Source of the DNA: Pristiophorus japonicus
Lineage: Eukaryota
NCBI RefSeq assembly: GCF_044704955.1
Contig: NC_091999.1
Span: forward strand, 50,468,001 to 50,532,000
Direction of reading: 5' to 3'
Length of the DNA: 64,000 nucleotides
Below, one piece after another: positions 37,776 through 47,096 of the stretch (position 1 is its first letter; every line of letters begins with the position of its first letter). The translations under genes were made by a program, and so were the position numbers. Below the pieces are notes generated by a model. The model did not search any database. It was not told the origin of the DNA and saw only the letters and a list, made by a program, of their open reading frames with translations.

Positions 37776-38534
37776 TGGGAATTGAAACGGGCCATTTAAG
37801 AAGTAAACTTCAAATTAACCGGATTTTGGAATGGTATTTTATTCGGATTATTAATGGAGTGGCAGGAAGCAGGCTACTCAAGAGACATGCATATAATTGA
37901 ATGGAATAGTGCTCAGATCACAGTGCGCTGAAGGACATCGCTCTCACTCAAATGCTGAGAAAATAAGGAAGACATTCGTCTCAATCGCGGTTCATTTACA
38001 ACATGCATCTTAGAAACTAGACTATGGAAATGCTACCTGTTGAATTATGTGGTAGGCAAGTTTGGAGGGTATTTTGCTAACGTCCTAAGCAGGAATTCCG
38101 CTGCTCCTTTGAAGTGCAGTCACTGTTGTTTTGTAGGGATACACCACAGGCAATGTGCACAGAGCAAATTTCCCCAAACTGCAATTAAATAAAGGACAAG
38201 AAATGGTGCTCATTGAGAAATAAATGCAGGCCGAAATAACAGGAACACGTCTCTGTTCTGCTATTGCACGATCCAATGAAGGCTTCTTTATTGACGAGTT
38301 GTGTAAAGGTTCTTCTTGTGTAATGTGACAGAGCTCGGTGATAGAGTGGTGCGTTCCTGACCAGCGCATTGACAGGTGCTTACGATAGAACTGACAGAAG
38401 CTCAAATGCCCGTGTAGCCTTTGATGGAGAAATGGTGGAATTAGTTTATTCTGCAGTCAAATTTCGATTTGTTTATTTCTTTTATAAGCACGGATTACAG
38501 AGTCTAACTTGTTCAATGGGCCAATCCTTCCCAG

Positions 38535-38833
38535 TAACACCGTCTCCCCCATCGTCTGCGCCCTGCTCTCCTCCTGTGAACAGCCCAGCACCGATGGCTC
38601 CATCACGTAGGGCTGTTTGGTGATGGACGACTCCCCTGACATCATCAGCCTTTTCTGGAAGGAAGATAAAGAGCCGACCACGACTGGATTGAAGACCTAC
38701 CCGTCATTGCTCAAAAAGAATTGAACCAACACCCTGAGCAGCCAATTAACCATCACCGAGTCCGAGGTGGGGAGCAGCACAATCTGCTGCGAAGTTCGAC
38801 GTGGTGGGTCGCTGTGGAACATCACAATATCAG
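38535..38833 (+). pseudogene. IGHM: IgM CH1 exon
   Basis: After the ccag acceptor it reads VTPSP(fs)..[59 protein letters not shown]. Stops are at 38608-10 and 38722-24, with a gt donor at 38834. Confidence 0.92.
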
Positions 38834-38859
38834 GTTAATGATGTGGGATACAGGGCAAA

Positions 38860-39212
38860 CTGTGATAAGGTGAGAAGTTATGTTCAACTTGTATAGAAAC
38901 TTGTTTAGACAACACTTAGAGTACTGTGCATAGTTCTGGTCTCCATATAATACTTAGAATACTGTGCACAGTTCTAGTTTCCTTATCACATTTAGGTTTT
39001 AGTTTACAATTCTGGTTTCCATCTCATACTTAGAATACTGTGTAAAGTTCTGTTCTCCATATCATACTTAGAATAGTATGCACAGCTCTGCTCTCCATAT
39101 CACACTTAGAATACTGTGCATGGTTCTGGTCCCCATATCGCACTTACAATAATATGCACAGTTCTGGTCTGCATATTACACTGAGTATACTGCGCACAAT
39201 TTTGCTCTCTGC
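38860..39212 (+). repeat. CR1 fragment expanded into a ~38-bp minisatellite (~8 copies)
   Basis: The unit cacacttagaatactgtgcacagttctggtctccatat corresponds to the CR1 HLEYCAQFWSPY coding segment. Confidence 0.75.
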
Positions 39213-39325
39213 AAATGCCAGGTTAGTGTGGATCTGACAGCAAAGAACTTGTTAAAATATAAGGAGACTTTGCCTTTCTTAATCATTTATTTTGCAAGCA
39301 ATGTCAATAAAATGCCTTCTCGTGA

Positions 39326-39645
39326 ACGTCCTGAACGGATCATCGTTCCTCCAATTGTTCTCCTCTTGCTAAGTTCCACTGAACAAATCATCTGCAGCAG
39401 ATATGTAAGCGCCATGTGTTCAATCATCGAATTAAGGCCAAAGTCACTGACCGTGAATTGGCTGAAGAGTGGACAACTCCTGGATTCGGGCTTCATCACC
39501 TCTCCCGCCTTTGAGATGAACGGAAACGTTTTGACGGCCAGTCGTCTGACACTCCCCGACAGGGAATGGTTCACCGGCTCGGTCTGCACCTGCCAGGTCA
39601 CTCATGAAGGGGGCACACAAAGCCGTAACTTCAGCAGATCTTAGG
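39326..39645 (+). pseudogene. IGHM: IgM CH2 exon (5' boundary approximate)
   Basis: It reads VPPIVLLLLSSTEQI..MCSIIE..VNWLKSGQLLDSGFITSP..SRLTLPDREWF..CTCQVTHEG. There is a TAG at 39642-44, a gtaag donor at 39646 and no intact AG acceptor. Confidence 0.88.
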
Positions 39646-39799
39646 GTAAGAGGCACAATCCGGCGAGGTTCCAGACCATTCTGAGCGCTGATCTCAGTCA
39701 GAACTTTGATTGAAATTAGTAGAAAGCAGAGGAATATTCCTAATTCCCAATCATGCAGTTTGTGTATTCTTGTGATAAAATTTTGCCTTGAAACAGCGC

Positions 39800-40205
39800 C
39801 TTCAGCGACCACAGATTGAACCAAAGCGCTTGCCAGGCAATGAATTAAGTTGTGAAATGTGGTCACAGTTGTAATGTACTAAGTGCTGTAGTCATTTAGT
39901 GCTCAACAAGCTCCCACAAACAGCAGTGTGATAACGACCATTTTTTTTGTTTAGTGTTATTTCTTGAGGGATTAATATTCCCAGGCCACCAGGGAGAACT
40001 CCTCTGCTTTTCATTGAAATAATTCCAGGGGAACTTTTACCTCCACCTGAGAGGCTAGACGGATTCTTGGTTTAACACATGATCCGAAATACGGCACCTC
40101 CGACAAAGCACCACGCCCCCAGTACTGCACTGAGAGACTCAGCTTACATATTGTGATCAAATATCTGGAGTGGGACTTCAACCCACGATCTTTTGGTTCA
40201 GGATT
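39800..40205 (-). mobile_element. SINE of the same family as 21295-21740
   Basis: It shows the reverse-complement core (ctcccacaaacagc...cagtactgcactgagag) and head (gtgggacttcaaccc). Confidence 0.6.
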
Positions 40206-40399
40206 CCTCATTGCTCAGGATTTATTAACCTCGCCAAAGAAGCTTTCCCCTTGCTCTGGTGCCAGGCAGTGAGTGAAGTGTCCTTCGTCTCAGGTATATC
40301 CTGAGTTAGCTGATCATATACGGAATGGCAATAGGAGTCTGGAATCCTTCACTGCTGACTGTCCAGGAACCCACTGCAAGAATGGGCATCTACCATATT

Positions 40400-40915
40400 C
40401 AGAGTACTGAGCCCAATTCTGGGCTCCGCACCTGAGGAAGGATATACGTGGAGGTGTTGAACTGCAGGTTTACCCGAATTATACCGGGGCTAATAATGTA
40501 AAATGATCAGGTGGTGAGAATAGAACGTTAAGAGATGGTCCAATTGACGTGTTTAAGTTGATAAATGGAATTGTATCGAGTAGATATAGAAACATGTATT
40601 TAGTTTGATGGGAGAGTCCAGAACAAGTAGCAGAACCTTAACATTAGAGTTAGGCCGTGCAGAGGTGATGTCAGAAAGGATTTTCTAACAGGAAGAATAT
40701 TGCAATTCGGGATTTCCCTCCCCAAAAGCTGCTGACACTTGCTTTCAATTGAAAAGTTGAAAACTGAAATTGATAGATTTTTGTTCGGCAAGTTTATCAT
40801 GGGTTACATAACCAAGGCGTGAAGATGGTGTTGAGTGTTGATCAGCCATGATCTAACTGGATGGCGGGACAGGATGGATGGGCTGAATGGCCTTCTCCTA
40901 TTCCTATGTTGCTAT
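40400..40915 (+). mobile_element. decayed CR1 3' end
   Basis: An EY*AQFWAPHLRKD remnant and the 3' UTR ggctgaatggccttctcctattcctatg. Confidence 0.65.
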
Positions 40916-41617
40916 TAATGCCCTGAGGTCATAGTGCTTTCTGAATCTCTCTCACCAGACATGATAAATGTTCAGTAATTACAGATATTAACAAACTACC
41001 TCACATCATTACAAATGATGCCCCACCACAAAAGATTCCTTGCAACTCCATTCTCCGGACCTTGCACTTCTCCTCTGACGGCGGATGTGACTGGTTCCTG
41101 CACATTTTCATCGCAACAAAAATAGCAGCAAAAGACTAGAAACTTAACTTTGTTTCCTGTTGTCCCATAAATCCTGAAATTAATTTGACACTGGTTTTGA
41201 ACCAGTGTAATGCTGGTGTAGACCTCTTGAACTTGGGGATATTCGGGCTTCAGCTATTATAACCAGTGGAGATGCACTTGGGTGCAAGAATCTATAGACG
41301 GGCGTAAAGGAGCAAGGGATTTCAGGAAGAGCGCTATTCAGTGCCTTTAACAACTGCGTCCCAATGTATTCCCATTTTACGCCAGGTATTTGCTTCACAG
41401 GCCATTACAGGTAGCTCTGGCTCAAATACACAGGAAATATTACAGATTCCCCGGAATCGTTGCCAATTCATTGTCCTTCCATAACGACGGTGTTCAAGCA
41501 ATAGCGAGAGGTTGATATCTCAAAAGTGAGTTATTCTCCTTGAAAGAGTTAAGGCTAATTATTGGTGTCCTGATTCTGAAGATGCGGCTTTTCCTGACTT
41601 TCATTCCTGTTTCGCAG

Positions 41618-41925
41618 TGGATGTCCCATGCAGCGATTAAAAATCACTCTTCGCCCACCGTCACTGGAACAGGTTTTACTGGAGGCGACGGTGACCTTAA
41701 CGTGCGTCGTGTCTAACGCTCCTTATGGGCTCACCGTGACCTGGACACGAAAAAACGAGTCTTTGAAATCAGAGATTGCCGTCCAACCCGGAGAGGATCC
41801 CAACAGTGTGATCAGCAACTAAAACATCTCGACACAAGACTGGCTGAGTGGGAATAAGTTCTACTGCGTGGTGAGCCATCAGGATATGCCGACTGCTCTC
41901 AGAGATTCCATCCACAAGGGAAAGG
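41618..41925 (+). pseudogene. IGHM: IgM CH3 exon
   Basis: After the ttcgcag acceptor and an early frameshift it reads [62 protein letters not shown] is at 41820-22 and the gtgag donor at 41926. Confidence 0.93.
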
Positions 41926-42817
41926 GTGAGCGGGGAGATTGTTGCAATAAGTACGACACTGCGACAATTTCGATGCGTGTGCAAGGGCCAATTGATTATA
42001 TAAAGTGTTTAATGGCTACTCTGATAATTCAGGTTGGTAATTCCACCAACTCAGCACTCTGGGACATGACATTATGTATTTTAGGGGAAACTGGATAAGT
42101 CCATGAGCGAGAAAGAAATAGAACGGTATATTATTAGGTTTAGATGAAGTGGTCTCGGAGGAGGCTTGTTTGGATCATAAACACCGGCATCGACCAGTTG
42201 GCCAAATCTCCTCGTTCTGTGCATTAAATTCTTTGTCATTTTCCAGTCCAATGCTTCAATATTTCAGAGAGAAAGATTACGTTCCCTCGGATAAGGGATG
42301 GAAAACCAGAGAGGCAACAGAGGGGAAAAGGAAAAGCGTCAAAATTCAACGCGGTGTCCATTTCTCTCACATCTAACCACCGGAAATTGGCTGAATTTAA
42401 ATGAGGAAGGCGAGTTGTGGGCGTTGGTCTCACAGGCCACCAGTGAAAACGGGAGGATTGGAAGCCGAGTGAGGAGGTCGCGGATCCTGGATCCAGGAGG
42501 TAGGTGTAAGGGCAATTACCACCTGGGAGCAGCAATCCCCACCTTGCTGTAACTGCTGAGATTTACACAGTGTTTCAAACCGGACCAACGACTGTTAAAC
42601 ACCAAATGGTGGTTAAAATAGAGGATTCAAGTCTCATTTAAATATATTACTCAAATATAATATTACAACTGGAAGTAGGCGAGTTGAGGTAGGGATTCTA
42701 ATTTTTACCAATTTAACAACCTCCACGCCCAAAACCCGCCCGCTGTATTGGGTTGAAATTCCCCCATTGTCTCTGGAACTATCCAGTTCATTGGCCTTTG
42801 TTGTTACTGTTCTACAG

Positions 42818-43177
42818 CGAAAGATCCGCGGGAACCAGCCGTGTCTGTCCTCCTGCCCTCAGCAGAAGTCTCTGCTCAGAGGTTGGTCAGCCTCACCTGC
42901 TTAGTGAGAGGTTCTCCCCCCGAGAGATCTTCGTCAAATGGACCGTCAATGACAAGCCGGTGGATTCCCGCAACTGCAAGAACACCGAGGTGATGGCGGA
43001 GAACGGTAGCAGCTCCTTCTTCATGTACAGCCTGCTATCCATTGCAGCCGAGGTATGGGCCAGCGACGCCTCTCACACCTGTGTGGTGGGACATGAAGCG
43101 ATCTCCTTGATAATCACCAACAGAACCGTCAATAAATCCAGTGGTAAAGCATTTTCCTTGTTCTGATGGACACCTTC
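42818..43177 (+). pseudogene. IGHM: IgM CH4 exon plus truncated secretory tailpiece
   Basis: It reads [23 protein letters not shown](fs)[40 protein letters not shown], with the internal G|GTAAAG donor at 43143/44. The tail remnant LVLMDTF is then cut by CR1. Confidence 0.93.
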
Positions 43178-43871
43178 ATAAGAACATAAGAACATAAGAA
43201 TTAGGAACAGGAGTAGGCCATCTTGCATCTGGAGCCTGCTCCGCCATTCAACAAGATCATGGCTGATCTGGCCGTGGATTCAGCTCCACTTACCCGCCCG
43301 CTCCCCATAACTCTTAATTCCCTTATTGGTTAAAAATCTATCTTTCTGTGAATTGAATACATTCAATGAGCTATCCTCAATTCCTCCCCTTTGCAGATAA
43401 TTCCACCGATTCACAACTCTGTGGGAGAAGAAATTCCTTCTCAACTGAGTTTTAAATTGGCTCCCCTGTATTTTGAGGCTGTGCCCTCTAGTTATAGTCT
43501 CCCCGAGCAGTGGAAACAACCTCTCTGCTCTATCTTGTCTATGCCTTTCATTGTTTTAAATGTTTCTATCGATCAACCCTCATCCTTCTGAACTCCAACG
43601 AGTAAAGACCCAGTCTACTCAATCTATCATCATAAGGTAACCCTATCATCTCCTGAATCAGCCTCGTGAATCGTCTCTGTACCCCCTCCAAAGCTAGTAT
43701 ATCCTTCCTTAAGTAAGGTGACCAAAACAGCACACAGTACTCCAGGTGCGGCCTCACCAATACCCTATACAGTTGCAGAAGGACCTCCCTGCTTTTGTAC
43801 TCCATCTCTCTGGCAATGAATGTCAACATTCCATTCGCCTTCCTGATTACCTGCTGCACCTGCAAACTAAC
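43177..43871 (-). mobile_element. CR1 LINE, 3' part (host of the Tx1 array)
   Basis: It has a (CATAAGAA)n tail and VSLQVQQVIRKANGML..VRPHLEYCVLFWSPYLRKD, collinear with 63563-64000. Confidence 0.93.
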
Positions 43872-43872
43872 A

Positions 43873-44066
43873 TTAATTGCCGGTGCTTTTAGTGTCCCCC
43901 TCCCCTTTTATAGGGGGCACTTGGAGAAAAAATATGTTTTTGTGCCCAAAAAAAAACCCCAAAAAATACCACCAAAAATAAAAGGGCCTGTAAATGTTTG
44001 GTATTTCCCCCAGACCCGGGGGGGGGGGGGTACGGTTTAATGTTTTTTGTTTACTCCCAAAAAGAG
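43873..44066 (+). mobile_element. Tx1-like element, 3' UTR-only stub (copy 0)
   Basis: ttaattgccggtgctttt...aaaagag matches the last ~160-190 bp of the three long copies. Confidence 0.9.
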
Positions 44067-45010
44067 TTTCATGCACAAGGACCAATGATGGAGCTTTGGA
44101 GGCGTGGCCTATGCACTTGGAGCCTGGCTGCTGTGAGAGAAGGAACTCCCTGCTTTAGCTTCTGTCTGGAAGGCCTGGAGTGAGCCCTGAGACCAGCCCA
44201 GGAACAGGAGGTAGGAAGGGGCTTCATTACCATTCATCTCGAGGGAGAGGAGGAGAGCAGAAGACTGCAACACCTTCATTATTTCAACAAAGAGTTGGAA
44301 AGAGGTGGAAAAAAGAACAACAACTTACCAGTGTGGAAGGAGGGAAAGACTTCTTCAGCCAAAGGTGGGTGTGTTTTGGTGCATTCACCAAAAATACTTT
44401 GTTGTATCGGTGGGGGGAGGAAAGAAGACCAATCGAGGGCCAGAACACCGCGGGGGGGGGGGGGGTGTGTGTGTGGAAGTGTGTGTGGGGGTCTTGCCTA
44501 CAGCTAGGCCCACACACCACTGAACACCCCTCACCCAATTGCCTAGCCTGGGATAGCTGGAGCTACCAGGCTGAAGAAACTGAATCACCCTAATTAACAT
44601 CGTTGGGAGTGTATACCTGTGTGGCTCCAGCTGCCCCAGGTGAAGACATCTTCTCCCCCCAGCCGAAGATCACCCCAAAGACTGTTTTGTTTGCCATCTG
44701 TGGAGTGCACCCACCCATTACTGTGAAGGGAGACCTGCCCTTGCAGCCTCCCTCTTTCCCACACCCCATCACTCTGTCTCTCTCTCTGTCTCCCCCCTCT
44801 CTCTCTGAGAGCCTTTCCTCCCAATTGGGAAAAAAAGACAAGAACAATTAAGACAACTGAGCAGAGGGAGCAAGGCCCCTCCCCAATTGCAAACTAGGGG
44901 AGAGGAGTGCCTCTTTCAGAGCTCCCGCTGTTAAAAACTTAAACGAGGCCAGTTAAGACCATTAAGGCCTGTGACTTTGGGGTGGATGTCGCCCTTAAAG
45001 GGACCCCGTG

Positions 45011-47071
45011 ATGGCGACCCCATCCACGCTGGTGGCAGGGCCAGCTAGGAATTATGCGCAGGCGGCGTCCACATCCACGGCGCCTCCTGCGCCTCCTGTT
45101 GCCCTGCCACCATTAAGACTGATAACTAAAAAACACGGGGTCAAGGGCTACACTCACCCCACAATGAGCATTGAGGAGTGCGCGCGGGCGATGGCTGGGG
45201 TAGTCGGCCCCTGGGCCATTGTCGCAGCCTCCAAGATGTCTGGGAAGGCCGTGTTCTTCCTGGGGTCGGAGCGACCGGTGTCCCTGGCCCTTGAAAAGGG
45301 GCTCACGGTGGGCGGGACTTTCCTGCCAGTGGACCCTCTCGAGGTCACCACGCAGAGGGTCATCATTTCAAACGTCCCGCCCTTTGTTCCCGCTGAGCTC
45401 CTCCTCCCTCACCTACACCAACTGGGGGAGGTAAGGTCGGGGATCAACCTCATACCGCTCGGCCTCAGGGAGACCAGCCTCTGCCATGTGTTCTCCTTCC
45501 GCCGCCAGCTCTTTGTCCGGCTGGCGCGGGAGGAGAAGACGGAGGGCTATTTTAATGTGGTGCACGAGGGGACTGCCTACCGCGTCTTCTGGACGTCGAA
45601 CGGCGTGCGGTGCCATGCCTGTAGGGAGGTGGGGCATGTTCGCAAGAACTGCCCCGCCAACAAGGCTGCCAAACCACCGAGGGCGTCCAAGGCTGGCGCC
45701 GCCGCCACCCCTCCCCCTAGTAGCGTCCACTTGCCGGGAGCCATAGGTGCGCGGGCATCATCGGGGGCCTTTGTTTTCACGGCCGGAAAGAAGGCGCGGA
45801 AGAAGGCGAAACATCCCCTCGGTGCGCCAAACAACTTGTTTACCGCGCTCGGCCAAACCCCGTCACCGGCGAGCGCGGGGTGCCCTGAGCCCGTGCCCGA
45901 GCCCTTGACTAGTATCACCGAGGGGTTCGGGCGTGGGCAAGACAAGAAAAAGGGGGGAGTGGAGCGGGAGGCTTCGGCAGACATGGGGGTCTCCCTGCCT
46001 CCGCGCACCCCCAGGAAAAAAAGGAGGCGCCGCTCCAATGAGGTGGAGGGAGAACAACATCCCTCCGCGGAGGAGTCGGTGCCCGTCGCGTGTCCCGCGT
46101 CCCCCACCATCGCCCCCGAACTGCGCTGTAGGCGTGAGGAATCTGTCCCCGGGGAGGGTGAGGCAGTCGAGGCTGCCCAGCCGCTGCCTCCCGGGGATGA
46201 TGTGGAAGATCTGCCTGTCGTGGGGGGCGTGGGGCCAGCGGAAGAATCGGTAGCCGCCGGGTCGAGCGTCCCGGGGACTGAGGCGGGCGAGGCCGAAAAG
46301 GCCGAACCTGAGGCCGCCCAGCCAATACCCAACTTCCCCCGGGATTTGCTCGACTCGGCAGAAGCTGACACTGCAGACAACTGTAATATACATCCACACG
46401 CTGGGCCGGTGGGAGGCGGCGGGGAGGGGGAAGAACAACAACCCTCACCCCCTACTTTGGAGCTGGGATACTTGGTGGACCTGGAGAATTTCCTCAACCA
46501 GGTCTCTCCGTGTTCCCCGGCTCCTGGGGCGGAGGAGGAACCCCTTCCGCTGTCGCTTCCCGACCCAGCACCACTTTTAAAAATGCTCAGTGGGGACTCC
46601 TCTGCCGACGATCGTGGGGGTGGGATCTGGGCAGAGCCAGGGCCAGATGGAGCGGCCGGGCCGTTTGCCGTATCTCGTGCGGTCGATGGGCCGGCTGCTG
46701 GCGGCGACCTCCCGGAGGGGGACGGAGACTCGGTGGGGGACGCAGGAGAAGATCTAGAGACCATCGCCAGTGAGGCGGTGGATCTGCTCGCGGCCGCCGC
46801 TGAGACCCTCCTCATTCCTGTAAAGGAACTCCGGGACTTTTTGGTCCAGTGCCGGGGTCGCCGCGACCAAGCACGTCTGGCCCGGGAAAGATGGTCTGAG
46901 CCAGTGTTGCTCGTCGCTTCCGTCCGCACCGCAGCTAAAAGCATGGCCGCGGGCGGGCCCTTATCAAAGGCGCAATGCCTTGAGCTGCGCCGGCTACAAA
47001 AAGTTCCTCGCTGGGCTGCTGAAGGAGTGGAGGTCAACAAACGACTCCACTCCCCCCCCACAATAGGTTAG
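45011..47071 (+). CDS. Tx1 ORF1 (gag-like; CCHC knuckle CHACREVGHVRKNC; long Pro/Glu/Gly-rich C-terminus), with an apparent frameshift near the end
   Basis: This is the 687-aa ORF, with RVIISNVPPFVP, FSFRRQLFV and CX2CX4HX4C. Confidence 0.85.
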   Translation: MATPSTLVAGPARNYAQAASTSTAPPAPPVALPPLRLITKKHGVKGYTHPTMSIEECARAMAGVVGPWAIVAASKMSGKAVFFLGSERPVSLALEKGLTVGGTFLPVDPLEVTTQRVIISNVPPFVPAELLLPHLHQLGEVRSGINLIPLGLRETSLCHVFSFRRQLFVRLAREEKTEGYFNVVHEGTAYRVFWTSNGVRCHACREVGHVRKNCPANKAAKPPRASKAGAAATPPPSSVHLPGAIGARASSGAFVFTAGKKARKKAKHPLGAPNNLFTALGQTPSPASAGCPEPVPEPLTSITEGFGRGQDKKKGGVEREASADMGVSLPPRTPRKKRRRRSNEVEGEQHPSAEESVPVACPASPTIAPELRCRREESVPGEGEAVEAAQPLPPGDDVEDLPVVGGVGPAEESVAAGSSVPGTEAGEAEKAEPEAAQPIPNFPRDLLDSAEADTADNCNIHPHAGPVGGGGEGEEQQPSPPTLELGYLVDLENFLNQVSPCSPAPGAEEEPLPLSLPDPAPLLKMLSGDSSADDRGGGIWAEPGPDGAAGPFAVSRAVDGPAAGGDLPEGDGDSVGDAGEDLETIASEAVDLLAAAAETLLIPVKELRDFLVQCRGRRDQARLARERWSEPVLLVASVRTAAKSMAAGGPLSKAQCLELRRLQKVPRWAAEGVEVNKRLHSPPTIG

Positions 47072-47096
47072 GTAGAGGTTGCACTATGCTCTAGTC

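Noticed and set aside
31142-43177. Assignment as IgW or IgNAR
   Set aside because: The V framework (DVVLTQPEA), four C exons and CH1-CH4/tail motifs match shark IgM as I recall it.
44180-44851. Upstream or antisense ORFs in the Tx1 5' UTR (ORF0-like)
   Set aside because: Frames are not conserved across the three copies because of microsatellite and homopolymer indels, and several start at non-ATG codons.
43873-44950. Repeated ends interpreted as LTRs
   Set aside because: The internal genes are APE endonuclease and non-LTR RT, with no integrase or protease. The repeats are 3'UTR-5'UTR junctions of tandem LINEs.
45577-47061. 494-aa antisense ORF and other overlapping ORFs in the Tx1 copies
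   Set aside because: These are shadow ORFs of GC-rich coding sequence with no recognisable domains, and their boundaries differ between copies.
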